Counted from the first letter of the stretch, positions 38,576 through 48,812 are shown. The stretch is DNA of 64,000 nt from Candidatus Nezhaarchaeota archaeon (GCA_030055465.1 JASFYF010000001.1:894581-958580); one strand, 5' to 3'. A program made the numbers and translations. The notes: a model not told the origin generated them from the sequence alone.

Positions 38576-39331
38576 TTGAAGTTGAAAAGGTTCTGCGCTA
38601 AGTGCGGCGTCGAAGTAACGCTTGAGGAGTCCTTGAATTTTAAGAACTTATGTCTAAACTGCTACAAGGAGCTTCACGGTAAAGTAGCGCTCCCACCGGT
38701 AAATGTGGTTTTATGTAGAAAGTGCTTTTCTGTCAAGGTTAGAGGCAGATGGCAACCATTAGACCTCTCGTCTGAAGAGTTGGCGGCATCAACCATAGCC
38801 CAACTGATAGAGGGTGAGGTGAAAAGGACCTGTGGACTTGAAGTGAAGGTTTACCTTACACCACAAGAGGTCTACAAGCTTTTTTCGGGTGAAAGAATAG
38901 GCGTGAACGCCACGGTGAATGAGGCTTTACATCCACGTGCAGCCTCTAGTCTTCCCCCTCTTGATGTTAGGGGCACCTTCTCGGTATGCCATACCTGTCT
39001 GAGGGTTGCAGGTAAAAATTTTGAAGCTACGCTACAGCTTCGTGATTTCGCTCCGAGAGAGCTTGACCAAATAAAGTTCATTGTTAATAAGCTCGTAGTC
39101 GAAAGGTCGGGGGGCTCACATAATTTACAGACGGGAGTCACATGGGAGGAAGTGGATGGAGGCGTCGACATTAAGGTGCCGTCCATCTACATGGCCCGCG
39201 CCATAGCAAGCCACATTAAGAGGAGATTCGCTGTTTTGGTTAGAGAATCGTACAAAGATGCTGGATGGAGCAGAAGTAGAGGCAAGCCCTTCCGGAAGCT
39301 TACAATCCTTCTTAGGCTTCGAAACACTTAA
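38576..39331 (+). CDS. NMD3-family ribosome biogenesis protein
   Basis: N-terminal CxxC clusters (CAKCG..CLNC..CRKC) followed by an NMD3-like body. Confidence 0.6.
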   Translation: MKLKRFCAKCGVEVTLEESLNFKNLCLNCYKELHGKVALPPVNVVLCRKCFSVKVRGRWQPLDLSSEELAASTIAQLIEGEVKRTCGLEVKVYLTPQEVYKLFSGERIGVNATVNEALHPRAASSLPPLDVRGTFSVCHTCLRVAGKNFEATLQLRDFAPRELDQIKFIVNKLVVERSGGSHNLQTGVTWEEVDGGVDIKVPSIYMARAIASHIKRRFAVLVRESYKDAGWSRSRGKPFRKLTILLRLRNT

Positions 39332-39365
39332 TAGTTCATCCACTTATCCACACACTGGATACAAC

Positions 39366-39668
39366 GTGAGGCAGAAAGAAGATAGCAGAGACCTGAGAAC
39401 TCCAGCGGAGGGCGAAACCATAGGTTTAGTAACAAAGCTGCTCGGTAACGATAGGGTTGAAGTAAAGACGGCAGATGGAAAAATCCTTCGATGTAGAATA
39501 CCGGGCAAGCTAAGAAAAAGGCTATGGTTTAGGGAAGGAGACTTCGTCCTCGTAGCACCTTGGGACTTCCAAGGTGGTAAAGGAGACCTCCTTTGGAGGT
39601 ACACAAGAGATGAAGTGGAAGAGCTTAGGCGAAGAGGCCTATTAGGTGCTTTAGCTGAGGAAAGCTAG
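39366..39668 (+). CDS. eif1a: translation initiation factor aIF1A
   Basis: S1-like OB fold: GETIGLVTKLLGNDRVEVKTADGKILRCRIPGKLRKRLWFREGDFVLV. GTG start at 39366 inside the longer track ORF. Confidence 0.85.
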   Translation: MRQKEDSRDLRTPAEGETIGLVTKLLGNDRVEVKTADGKILRCRIPGKLRKRLWFREGDFVLVAPWDFQGGKGDLLWRYTRDEVEELRRRGLLGALAEES

Positions 39669-40438
39669 CAGCCCAGAACTTCGTTTAAGACGTCCTCAAC
39701 GGTGGCGTTCACCCCCTTTCTCCTGAAGAAGTTGACCACGTTTTTTACGTCCCTCTCCAAGAACATCTGCGAACTTGGGTGGCTTACTAGGACCGCTTGA
39801 CCGAAGTCAAATAATATGGGCTCATCCCTCCAAACCATGATGTTGTACTCGCTTAAATCGGCATGGATGAGCTTAGCTTTACAGTAGAGTAGCTTCAGGC
39901 TCTTAATGACCTTCTCGAATACGGATCCGAAGTTCACGTGATCTACGTCTTTGAGAAGTGGTGCGGGTGATCCGTTATCACCTATGAATGACATGACCAC
40001 CACGTTTTTGTAGACATCTATAGGCTTAGGGACGCTTACGCCAACATTATAGGCCTTAACCAAGTTCTTGTACTCCTTAAGCGCCCATGCGTAGATGAGT
40101 GGCCTCGTAGCCCTTCTAACCTTCTTGTTGAACCTCACGTCACCTTCAATGTATTGCGAGAAGGTTTTTTTGAACTCTCGAGTTGATGTGAGGAAGATCT
40201 TGACCGCTAGGTCTTCACCATCAGGTGATTTCGCCCAATAAACTCTAGACTCCTTACCAGTGCTTACAACACCGTGTATTACATCTATGACCTTCCGGTT
40301 TATAAGCTTGTAAAGTGCTTCCAACGTAAACTTGTCGAAGACTTCTTCAACTGTTTCGAGCAGATCCCTATCTTTCCTTCTTTTCTCCTCCTTCGTTTTA
40401 AAGGCGCCCTCGCCCTTCCCTCTTAGATACTTACCCAC
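39665..40438 (-). CDS. rio1: RIO-type serine/threonine kinase (Rio1)
   Basis: STGKESRVY, LIHADLSEYN and IDFGQA motifs. Confidence 0.85.
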   Translation of the reverse strand: MGKYLRGKGEGAFKTKEEKRRKDRDLLETVEEVFDKFTLEALYKLINRKVIDVIHGVVSTGKESRVYWAKSPDGEDLAVKIFLTSTREFKKTFSQYIEGDVRFNKKVRRATRPLIYAWALKEYKNLVKAYNVGVSVPKPIDVYKNVVVMSFIGDNGSPAPLLKDVDHVNFGSVFEKVIKSLKLLYCKAKLIHADLSEYNIMVWRDEPILFDFGQAVLVSHPSSQMFLERDVKNVVNFFRRKGVNATVEDVLNEVLGC

Positions 40439-40509
40439 TACATACCAAGACTATTAAGGATGACTTCGCTTATATATAACCTTACTTAGTTGAAGTAGTA
40501 GCACGATAG

Positions 40510-41154
40510 ATGGTGATAGCGTTGTGGGGAACCGTGTACAAGGACTATGTTCAAGTACCAATGGATAGGATAGGGGTCCTCATAGGCAAAGGCGGAGCCG
40601 TAAAGAAGGAGATAGAGGAGACATATAATGTTAAGCTAGACATAGATAGCTCTACGGGAACCGTATGTATCGAGCTCCTCGAAAACTCAAATCCATCATC
40701 TTTGTTGACCGTTAAGAACATAGTTCAAGCAATAGGATGCGGAATAAATCCAAATAGGGCATTAGAGGTCTTCAGCTCTGAAGATGGCGCACTGCACGTT
40801 ATAGACTTGAAAAACCTCGCGAGGGGTTCAAGAGATAACCTCGTGAGAATTAAGGGGAGAATTATAGGTGAGAAAGGCAAGGCGAGGAGACTTATAGAGG
40901 AGCTCACGAATGCTTCGATCTCAATATCGGAGAACACAGTCACAATAGTCGGCAAATTGGAGAACGTGGAGATAGCCCGACGGGCCGTAGAGATGTTGAT
41001 ATCCGGAAGCCCCCACAACGTTGTTTGGAAATACCTTTACAAGATGAGGAGAGAGCTTAAAAGAAGGGGTTTTATACTTTGGGAGCCGAAAAGCCCTTCC
41101 TTGGAGGGCAAGGTTAACAACGCCGAAAAAGCGCGTGGTGAAGAAGATGAGTAA
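40510..41154 (+). CDS. KH-domain RNA-binding protein (Dim2/Pno1-like)
   Basis: Two KH-type GxxG motifs (IGKGG, IGEKGKARR). Its position next to rio1 is typical. Confidence 0.65.
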   Translation: MVIALWGTVYKDYVQVPMDRIGVLIGKGGAVKKEIEETYNVKLDIDSSTGTVCIELLENSNPSSLLTVKNIVQAIGCGINPNRALEVFSSEDGALHVIDLKNLARGSRDNLVRIKGRIIGEKGKARRLIEELTNASISISENTVTIVGKLENVEIARRAVEMLISGSPHNVVWKYLYKMRRELKRRGFILWEPKSPSLEGKVNNAEKARGEEDE

Positions 41155-42778
41155 GTGGATCGTGACTTGCGCATGGCCCTACGTTAATTACATTCCCCAC
41201 CTAGGCACCATGATAGGCTCCGCACTCTCGGCGGACGTAATAGCCCGGTACTTGAGAATGAAGGGCGAAGAGGTTGTCTTTGTTAGCGGCTCCGACGAGC
41301 ATGGAACACCAATAGAGGTAGAGGCCGTGAGGAGAGGGACAAATCCAAAGTCCCTTTGCGATGAAAATCACAGGAAGATAAGTGAACTTTTCAAAAGGTG
41401 GAACATTTCATTCGATAACTACTCGAGAACTGAAAGCGAATACCATAAGGAGTTCGTAAAGAACTTCTATTTGAGGTTATATGGGAAAGGCTTCGTTTAC
41501 GAAGAGGAGGTTGAGCTTCCTTTTTGTCCTCGTTGCCAAAGATTCCTGCCTGACAGGTTTATAAGCGGGGCATGTCCCTATTGCAATTTTGAAGATGCTA
41601 GGGGAGATCAATGCGATGGTTGCGGTCGCCTTCTAGAGCCTTTAAAGCTTCTTCAACCCAAGTGCGCCATTTGCGGCTCAAAACCCGAAGTCAAGAAGAC
41701 GAAGCACTGGTTTTTTGATTTTCCCAAGCTGACAGAAAAGCTTAAAGAATACATAGAGAGCGCTCCTCTCCTCACAGAGAACGCCAAAAACATGAGTTTA
41801 AGCCTCCTCAAGGAGGGGCTGAGGGCTAGATCTCTTACAAGAGATAACAAGTGGGGTATAGAGGCGCCTTTCCCCGGTTCCGAGGGGAAAACCATATACG
41901 TATGGATGGAGGCGATTCTCGGATACATATCAGCCACAATAGAGTATTTTGCCAACGTTGGCTCTAAAGACAAGTGGAGGGAGTATTGGTTTGATAAGAA
42001 ATGCCGACTGCTATGCTTTATAGGCAAGGATAACATACCATTCCACACGTTGATATTACCAGCGCTCCTCATGGCCTCCAATGAGGGCTACGTTCTGCCT
42101 TGGGGGGTCTCGGCCACGGAATACTTGTTGTTTGAAGGCCAGAAGTTCTCCAAGAGCAGGAGAATAGGGATTTGGATAGATGAGGCGTTGGAGATGTTTC
42201 CCGTGGACTACTGGAGATATGTCCTCTTAAGCACCAGACCTGAAGGAAGAGATTCGAGCTTTTCGTGGTCCGTGTTCAAGGAACTTGTCAACACTCAACT
42301 TAATGATACGTTGGGCAACTTCGTTCACAGGGTTTTAACGTTCACTTCAAGAACCTTCAGTTCCCTGATCCCGGCACCTAGAAGTAGTTGGGTAAGCGAA
42401 GAACTTTGGGTACAAGTTTTAAAGAGATTTAGCGCCTGCACCCATAACCTTGACAACTTGCGGATTAAAGATGCTTTGCAGGAAGTTATGAACTTGGCTA
42501 GGGACGGTAATAAATACTTAAATGAGCAAGCTCCATGGGATCTAATAAAGAGAGGTGACGTAGAGCGCGCATCCACGTGTATTTACGTTTGTTTAAACGC
42601 AATCAAATCATTATCAATCATGCTGACACCATTTATACCCACAACTGCGAATGAGATATGGAAGGCGCTAGGTCTCCAATCACACGTGTGGGAGGAGAGC
42701 TGGTACGAAGCGACGAAGCCATTGGAACCTGGTACAAGGATTCTCGAAGTGAAGCCCATCTTCACTAAGATAAAGTAG
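41147..42778 (+). CDS. metG: methionyl-tRNA synthetase
   Basis: PYVNYIPHLGT (HIGH-type), Zn knuckles (CPRC..CPYC, CDGC..CAIC), KFSKSRR (KMSKS). Confidence 0.9.
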   Translation: MSKWIVTCAWPYVNYIPHLGTMIGSALSADVIARYLRMKGEEVVFVSGSDEHGTPIEVEAVRRGTNPKSLCDENHRKISELFKRWNISFDNYSRTESEYHKEFVKNFYLRLYGKGFVYEEEVELPFCPRCQRFLPDRFISGACPYCNFEDARGDQCDGCGRLLEPLKLLQPKCAICGSKPEVKKTKHWFFDFPKLTEKLKEYIESAPLLTENAKNMSLSLLKEGLRARSLTRDNKWGIEAPFPGSEGKTIYVWMEAILGYISATIEYFANVGSKDKWREYWFDKKCRLLCFIGKDNIPFHTLILPALLMASNEGYVLPWGVSATEYLLFEGQKFSKSRRIGIWIDEALEMFPVDYWRYVLLSTRPEGRDSSFSWSVFKELVNTQLNDTLGNFVHRVLTFTSRTFSSLIPAPRSSWVSEELWVQVLKRFSACTHNLDNLRIKDALQEVMNLARDGNKYLNEQAPWDLIKRGDVERASTCIYVCLNAIKSLSIMLTPFIPTTANEIWKALGLQSHVWEESWYEATKPLEPGTRILEVKPIFTKIK

Positions 42779-43228
42779 GGAACTTTCCAGTCGTGGTTAA
42801 AGCAGTCCATTTCTAACTAAGCTTTTAGCTTCCTTGCTCCTCGCAGAGAACTTTGGACCCTTATCTTCTGAAATAACATCCAACCCCTTGACGAAGGACT
42901 CTGAAACGCTACCCTCATTCCTTTTGCACAAGGACGCTACCTCCACAAGTCTAATTTCACAATCTGCTTTTAAGCTTAGGTCTTACTCTTTAAATACGTT
43001 GAGGCAGCCTTCAACCTTGAGGCTTCCATGAGATGATATGGCTAAGGGAGGGCCTCAGTACTTCAACTCGGCGTTGACTTTACGAGCCTTTAAAGGAGTT
43101 TAGAAAAGTTTATAGAAAATATTTGCGTTTTGCCTTCTGTAAAGTTGCCGTATGGAATTCCTATACGCGACACCAATCTAAGGATAAACGTGTTCCTGCG
43201 AATTCCGGTTGAAAGAGGTGCCGCTTGT

Positions 43229-44506
43229 TTGAAGGTGTACATCGAAACTTATGGTTGCTGGCTAAACAAGGCTGATAGTGACGTTGCTGCATCGATGCTA
43301 GAAGAGCGGGGCCATCTCATAGTTGAGTCTCCATCAGAGGCCGATGTGGTTGTAATTAACACTTGTGCTGTCCGAAGCGAAACCGAGAGGAAGATCATTA
43401 GAAGGCTTAAGCACTTCGAAGAATGGTCTAGAGGCGGAGCAGACAGAAAAGTAGTGGTCATGGGCTGCTTGGCTAGGGTCCGGCCAGCTTTAATTGCGTA
43501 TCAATCACCTTCGGCGAGCATAATAGGGCCCAACGCTTTGCCATCCCTGCTGAGGGCTTTGGAAACGAAGGTTATAGATGTAGGCCCAGACAGGCGCCTC
43601 CCCTTCCTGCTTCCAAGGTTTAGGGGCGTTGGATCAAGGCGCCTCCTTATCCCAATAGCTAGCGGGTGCTTAGGGTGTTGCTCCTACTGTATAATGCCTA
43701 TTTCAAGGGGTAAGCTGTCGAGCAGTCCACCCCAACAGGTAAAGGACTTACTTCAAAGGGGGATACTTCAAGGCGTAAAGGAGGTTTACCTCGTTGCTCA
43801 AGACTTGGCATCGTATGGACGAGATATAGGTTGCAGCCTTCCTGAACTTCTCAAGGCCCTCATCGAGGTTAGGGGAGAGTACAGGATAAGGCTAGGAATG
43901 ATGGAGCCGTCGACTCTCGGCGCGGTGGCAAACGAAATGGTGAAGGTCTACTCAAACCCAACAATTTACAAATACCTTCATCTGCCCCTTCAATCTGGGA
44001 GCAATAGAATATTAGAACTTATGAACCGCAGGTATACGAGGGAGTTCTTCTTCAAAGTCGTGGAGCTCTTCAGAAGCTCACTTGACGACCTCTATCTTGC
44101 CACTGACGTCATAGTTGGCTTTCCAACAGAGACAGAAGAGGATTTCGAGGAGACGCTAAGAACCATAGAGAAGCTCAATCCAGATAAAGTTCACGTAGCT
44201 AGGTATGCTATGAGACCATTTACGCAGGCCTCATCCATGCACCAGCTCTCCGATGAGGTAAAGAAGAAGAGATCAAAAGCTCTAGGTGAGCTAGTAGAAG
44301 AGATAACCCTTAAAAACAACGTGAGGTATGTGGGAAGGGAGGTTGAAGTACTCTTAGTCGATATGGCCCCGAGGGGAGGTCTTGTAGGTAGGATGGCCAA
44401 CTATAGGCCAGTCGTAGTCGAATGCGAACCTTCGCTGATGTGGAGGAAGATAAGCGTCATAATAGACGAGGCGAAACCCCACGTTTTGATGGGTCGACCA
44501 GCTTAG
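43229..44506 (+). CDS. radical SAM methylthiotransferase (MtaB/CDKAL1-like, tRNA t6A37)
   Basis: N-terminal UPF0004 domain (YIETYGCWLNKADS), radical SAM CLGCCSYC, and a TRAM-like C-terminus. The TTG at 43229, preceded by AGAGGTG, is preferred to the track start at 43130. Confidence 0.75.
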   Translation: MKVYIETYGCWLNKADSDVAASMLEERGHLIVESPSEADVVVINTCAVRSETERKIIRRLKHFEEWSRGGADRKVVVMGCLARVRPALIAYQSPSASIIGPNALPSLLRALETKVIDVGPDRRLPFLLPRFRGVGSRRLLIPIASGCLGCCSYCIMPISRGKLSSSPPQQVKDLLQRGILQGVKEVYLVAQDLASYGRDIGCSLPELLKALIEVRGEYRIRLGMMEPSTLGAVANEMVKVYSNPTIYKYLHLPLQSGSNRILELMNRRYTREFFFKVVELFRSSLDDLYLATDVIVGFPTETEEDFEETLRTIEKLNPDKVHVARYAMRPFTQASSMHQLSDEVKKKRSKALGELVEEITLKNNVRYVGREVEVLLVDMAPRGGLVGRMANYRPVVVECEPSLMWRKISVIIDEAKPHVLMGRPA

Positions 44507-44787
44507 CCACCGCTCACTGGAGGTAGCAGAGCTACTTCATCCCCATCTTTAAGGATGGTCTCGAGCCCCTTGAGTTCGCTTATCCCCTTACCGTTAACTA
44601 GAACTATAAGGAACCTCGATATCGCGCCGCCTTCCTCAAGTACGTACTCTCCAAATTTTGGGGGCAACTTTCGGGCCAAGATATTTAATAGATTCAGGAT
44701 GCTTGTGCCCTCTTCGACCTCCACGTCGAGTTCTTTGACGCCTGCTACCTCCCTTATTATGGCGAAGAACTTAACCTTTACCTTCAT
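44503..44787 (-). CDS. MoaD/ThiS-family ubiquitin-like sulfur carrier
   Basis: About 94 aa, ending LLPPVSGG (di-glycine C-terminus). Confidence 0.75.
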   Translation of the reverse strand: MKVKVKFFAIIREVAGVKELDVEVEEGTSILNLLNILARKLPPKFGEYVLEEGGAISRFLIVLVNGKGISELKGLETILKDGDEVALLPPVSGG

Positions 44788-45086
44788 ATGTTACTCCTCG
44801 GTCTATTAACGAAGTCGTTTATCTGATCATCCATCATGTGTCCTCGGCTGAAGACCTTAGCGCTTTTGACGCCTTCAACGTTCTCAACGGCCTGCTTTAT
44901 TGAGGTTGCTAGGAGAAATGCCATAGGGCAGAACGGCGACGTTGGCGTGAACTCGACCACTACTTCACCATCCTTCTCGCTTATGTTCTTGATGCAGCCC
45001 ATCTCAACAAGGCTCAACCCCGTCTCGGGGTCCACAACTTTTTCAAGGGCCTCTCTAACTTTCTTCTCAACTTCGCCTTCACTCAT
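44784..45086 (-). CDS. DUF59/MIP18-family Fe-S assembly protein
   Basis: VVDPETGLSLVEMGCI..TPTSPFCP motif. Confidence 0.7.
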   Translation of the reverse strand: MSEGEVEKKVREALEKVVDPETGLSLVEMGCIKNISEKDGEVVVEFTPTSPFCPMAFLLATSIKQAVENVEGVKSAKVFSRGHMMDDQINDFVNRPRSNI

Positions 45087-45196
45087 TTTCGGTCAATCCC
45101 CTTTCACCAGCTCGTAGTAAAGGCATAAACAACCTTAAAAACCTTAGTTTAACGTACTTATCAAGTAGCAAAATCCTCTTCGTTGAGGAGGAGCTG

Positions 45197-46831
45197 GTGA
45201 AGTTGAAACGCGCACACATCAACACTGCTATGATAATTGCAGCTATCTTGTTGTTGCTCCTCGAGAGCGCACATTGCATGGAGCAAGAAGCACCTCGTGC
45301 CTATTTAACAACCGAGGTTGCCACATCATACACTTATGCTGTGGCCACTTACACGCTTCACTTAGAGGGCCTTCGGGGGGCTACAACTTTAAATGTAAGC
45401 ATAAGCGATGCCCCCTCCCTCTACGATGCTGTGTGCGGAGGGACTTCCTCGAGATTTTGGCTGATAGAGGTGCCAAGCTCCGCGTCGACTTTCAACATTA
45501 CCGTCAAGGCCTTGTACCTCATCGAGCCAAGGTCGGCGGGAGAAGAAGGATACCTGCTTAGGCTTCCACTTAATCCATCCGTATCGACGACGATTGCAAG
45601 CGTCAACGCAACTATTCACTTGCCTTCGGAGATCGCTGAAGTTAGTTTCACGTCCGGAAGCAACGACATCAACATTACGTCTACGGGACCCTTAATTAAC
45701 GCGCAAGCCTTTAATGTTTCACCCTATGAAGTTAGGGATTTAAGCATCGTGATTAACTTCAACAACTCCGCTTTACCTTGGCTTTTCAAGGTAAAAAAAG
45801 CTTCTAGGGAAATATACCTTGACTCGAAGACCGTGGTAGACCAAATAACTATTGAGGGGTTATCCAACAGTTATTGGGTTAGGCAATCCATCTTTAACTT
45901 TGAGGTGCCCAGTGCTCTGAATATCTTAGAGGTAGGGGACTTCGCAGGACCCTACATTGAAACGAATTCCCATCCTAGCTTTGGACAATTCAGGCTTCTC
46001 AGCCTGAACGATACTTGCCTACTGCAAGTCCAGCCGCGGGTTTCAATCTCGAGTGGGGAACAAACAACCTTCTACATCAAATACGAGCTTAAAGAAACCT
46101 CTCCCGTGTCCCTGATGCCTCCCTACCTTCAATACGTAGATGAAATTGAAGTTAACATCCGCCTACCAGAGGGCTCACAGCTGAGGAAGGTTGATCCGGA
46201 ACCATACTGCATCAATGGCTTAACGATATTTTATAGGGCTACGAACATTTCGCGCCTACGAATTCTCAGCTCAACTGTTGAGTACGCACCTCCCCTTATT
46301 TCGCGAGGCCTAGTTGTCCTCATAGGATTTTTGATGGCTTTAGTGGTCGGGGGCGTGGCTGCAGTATCGGTTAGGAGCAAGAGGCTTAAGCGCAAGACGC
46401 AAGAAAAACGCTTGGTTATTCCAACTTTAGAGCAACTTGAAAGCTCGCTTAACGCATATCTAAAAATAGCCGGTGAGCTTTGGGGACTACGTGAGGATTA
46501 CGTAAAAAGCAGGATAAAGGAACCTATTTATAGGAGGAGGGCTAACCAGCTTAAATCGCTTCACCTAGAATACTTGAAGAGAAACATGGAGCTATCAAGG
46601 CAGCTCGAAGAGCTTCCAGGGCTACGCAAGATTTGCCAGAAGGTGCGCTCCCTGCTTGAAGGCGCTCTGAACCTTGAAGAGGAGTTTGAAAAGCTCTGCA
46701 ACTTGATAGACGATAAAAAGATGGCTAGGGCCGAGGCGCTTCGAAGAAGCGCGTCCCTGAAAAGAAAGGCCGAGGTCATATGGGGCGATCTTCAAAGGTT
46801 GAAATCAAAGATTCGTGAAGCGATAGTTTAA
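45197..46831 (+). CDS. hypothetical surface-exposed membrane protein with a cytoplasmic coiled-coil tail
   Basis: N-terminal signal or anchor, at least 8 N-x-S/T sequons in the first 350 aa, one TM (LVVLIGFLMALVVGGVAAV), and a charged helical C-terminus. Confidence 0.45.
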   Translation: MKLKRAHINTAMIIAAILLLLLESAHCMEQEAPRAYLTTEVATSYTYAVATYTLHLEGLRGATTLNVSISDAPSLYDAVCGGTSSRFWLIEVPSSASTFNITVKALYLIEPRSAGEEGYLLRLPLNPSVSTTIASVNATIHLPSEIAEVSFTSGSNDINITSTGPLINAQAFNVSPYEVRDLSIVINFNNSALPWLFKVKKASREIYLDSKTVVDQITIEGLSNSYWVRQSIFNFEVPSALNILEVGDFAGPYIETNSHPSFGQFRLLSLNDTCLLQVQPRVSISSGEQTTFYIKYELKETSPVSLMPPYLQYVDEIEVNIRLPEGSQLRKVDPEPYCINGLTIFYRATNISRLRILSSTVEYAPPLISRGLVVLIGFLMALVVGGVAAVSVRSKRLKRKTQEKRLVIPTLEQLESSLNAYLKIAGELWGLREDYVKSRIKEPIYRRRANQLKSLHLEYLKRNMELSRQLEELPGLRKICQKVRSLLEGALNLEEEFEKLCNLIDDKKMARAEALRRSASLKRKAEVIWGDLQRLKSKIREAIV

Positions 46832-46866
46832 AAAGTAGACCGCGATACCTAAGTAAGGGCTTTAAC

Positions 46867-47049
46867 ATGGTGGAGGTCATAGTAGACAAGGAGAAGTGTA
46901 CGAACTGTGGTACATGCGTCTCGGTATGCCCTTCAGGAGTCTACGAGATGAAGGAAGGCAAGGTAGAAGTAGTGAACAAAGATGCTTGTTTAGCGTGCAG
47001 GGCATGCGAATCGCAGTGTCCCAACCAAGCAATACAGATAGTTGAATGA
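46867..47049 (+). CDS. 2x[4Fe-4S] ferredoxin
   Basis: CTNCGTCVSVCP and CLACRACESQCP motifs in 60 aa. Confidence 0.85.
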   Translation: MVEVIVDKEKCTNCGTCVSVCPSGVYEMKEGKVEVVNKDACLACRACESQCPNQAIQIVE

Positions 47050-47161
47050 CAGCGGAACCATTCCTCGCTCCATTAGTAGGGGAAAACGCCCTCTTCATTC
47101 CACCTTTTTTCCCTTCGCACCATTAAACTTTAAATCGGCCTTCCTGAAATGAAAAGAGTAA

Positions 47162-47237
47162 AGCCCGGTGGTGTAGCGGCCAAGCATGACGGGCTTTGGC
47201 CCCGTCGACGGGAGTTCGAATCTCCCCCGGGCTACCA
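47162..47237 (+). tRNA. tRNA-Gln(TTG), no intron, CCA encoded
   Basis: AGCCCGG/CCGGGCT acceptor, ACGGG-CTTTGGC-CCCGT anticodon arm, GGGAG-TTCGAAT-CTCCC T arm. 76 nt. Confidence 0.9.
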
Positions 47238-47381
47238 AACCTCCACGCATAGAAACCTTGATTTTTTGCGGTGGGAACAGCGTCAGGAAGTGAAGGTCAC
47301 GGGAAGCACTTGGGGAGATTTTATTAGACCCCCTGCTTGAAGGGGCTCTCGTAAGATGCGAAGTGCCCAGACCCATGTGAG

Positions 47382-48095
47382 GTGTCGTCCTTGGAGAGGT
47401 TTTTTTCGATAGTAATACCTACGCTCAACGAGGAGAAGTACCTTCCGCGCCTTCTTTACAGCCTTTCAAGGCAGACCTTCAAGGATTTCGAAGTTATAGT
47501 TGTAGATGGCGGCAGCTCCGACGCTACTGTTGAGGTAGCAGCGACGTGTGTTGACAAAGTTTTGGTCAGCAAGTGCAATCAATCCGAAGCGAGAAATATG
47601 GGTGTACGGGTTTCAAGTGGAGATTACTTAGTCTTTCTGGACGCCGACGCGTATGTTGAGCACTCCTTTCTAGAGAAGGTCTGCCGACTCATTTCATTAT
47701 ATGCGCCTGCCAAAGAACGCGTATGTCTTGTTGGCAGGCCGGAACCGCTTCAGGTGAGAGTATTAAGCAGGGTGGCGTTCGCGTTCGGGTGGTTTTTAGC
47801 CAAACTTAAAGCAACTTTTCCCGGGTATATGGGAATAATCGTTGAGAAATCAATCTTCAAAAGGGTTGGTGGCTTCAACCCTAACTTGTCCTACGGTGAG
47901 GACCTTGACCTCCTAATGAGAATATCGCGAACAACAAGGATAGTTTATCCGAAAGATCTAGTGGTTTACAGCGACACCAGAAGGTGGATGAAAGACGGAA
48001 AAATCAACGCTGTTGAAACCCTCAGGATTGTTGGAATGGTTATTGAGTTCTTAGCAACCAAGAAGAGCCATACTTCATACCCAGTTATAAGGTGA
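47382..48095 (+). CDS. family 2 glycosyltransferase
   Basis: FSIVIPTLNEEKYL, VVDGGSSD and FLDADA motifs. Confidence 0.75.
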   Translation: MSSLERFFSIVIPTLNEEKYLPRLLYSLSRQTFKDFEVIVVDGGSSDATVEVAATCVDKVLVSKCNQSEARNMGVRVSSGDYLVFLDADAYVEHSFLEKVCRLISLYAPAKERVCLVGRPEPLQVRVLSRVAFAFGWFLAKLKATFPGYMGIIVEKSIFKRVGGFNPNLSYGEDLDLLMRISRTTRIVYPKDLVVYSDTRRWMKDGKINAVETLRIVGMVIEFLATKKSHTSYPVIR

Positions 48096-48134
48096 AGGAT
48101 GCGTGGGTTCGAAGCTGCTCATAGCGGCTAAAAG

Positions 48135-48596
48135 CTAAACCGCCTCTATGAGAAGAGGGTCAGCTGCCGCCTCTTTCCTCACGTTTAAGACCACATGCGT
48201 TATAGTTCTTTCAACGCATTCTCCAGCTAACAGCTTCTTTATAAATTTGCTCAGCTCAATCCTATTCTTGAACCTGGCAATTATGATCGCATCGCTTTGC
48301 CCGGTAACATCGTAGACCGCCTGAACGTTGTGGCTCTTCGCTACAATCTCTTCAACCTCGGTTATCTTACCCCTCGAAGCTACGACCTCTATGATTGCGG
48401 TAACGTCATAGCCCAACTTCTCCAAATCTAAGGTTACGGTGTAGCCTTTTATTATGCCGTTTTCCTCGAGCCTCCTAACCTTGTTAGCTACTGTAACTGT
48501 TGACGTCCCTATTCTTCTGGCTATCTCGCGAAAAGAGAGACGCGCATTCGTTAGAAGTTCTCTTAGGATGGCTTTATCAACATCATCCAGCTTCAA
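48135..48596 (-). CDS. Lrp/AsnC family transcriptional regulator
   Basis: HTH (DKAILRELLTNARLSFREIARRIGTSTVTVANKVRRL) plus a RAM domain. TTG start. Confidence 0.85.
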   Translation of the reverse strand: MKLDDVDKAILRELLTNARLSFREIARRIGTSTVTVANKVRRLEENGIIKGYTVTLDLEKLGYDVTAIIEVVASRGKITEVEEIVAKSHNVQAVYDVTGQSDAIIIARFKNRIELSKFIKKLLAGECVERTITHVVLNVRKEAAADPLLIEAV

Positions 48597-48812
48597 AGCA
48601 CATCAAAAATCCAGTATTACTCCAAGCGGATAAAAGCGTTTTCAGACTTGCAACCTCTCCTCCTCTGCATAGAGTTAGCCTTGGGGCCACTCGGCGACTC
48701 CTCCCGTTGTCGAGGCTTGGCACCTGTACCCGTTTAACTGTAGGGTGAAGTCACCTCACTGTTGCCTCAAGGGTTACCAGCGGGCCTTCGAAGTTGGATG
48801 GATAGTCGTAGA

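Noticed and set aside
42779-43228. The 450-bp gap between metG and the methylthiotransferase gene. It contains the 65-aa plus-strand ORF 42834-43031, a protein-like minus-strand fragment of about 47 aa (..CEIRLVEVASLCKRNEGSVSESFVKGLDVISEDKGPKF..), and C/D-box-like strings (GAGATGATA, TGACGA, CTGA).
   Set aside because: The ORFs lack starts or are broken by stops. The box spacing does not fit a C/D sRNA: only 6 nt lie between the putative C' and D boxes. It may be a gene remnant plus a promoter (TTTATAGAAAATATTT at about 43110), but nothing is supportable.
48650-48812. A GC-rich segment upstream of the second Lrp gene. Its minus strand contains GCCGAGTGGCCCCAAGGC, which resembles a class II tRNA D-arm, and GGGAGGAGTCGCC, which vaguely resembles the RNase P CR-I region.
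   Set aside because: No acceptor stem, anticodon arm or GTTCGAATC T-loop could be built, and the universal GAAAGUCC is absent. It is probably the 3' UTR of lplB or the Lrp leader. It would need a covariance-model scan to revisit.
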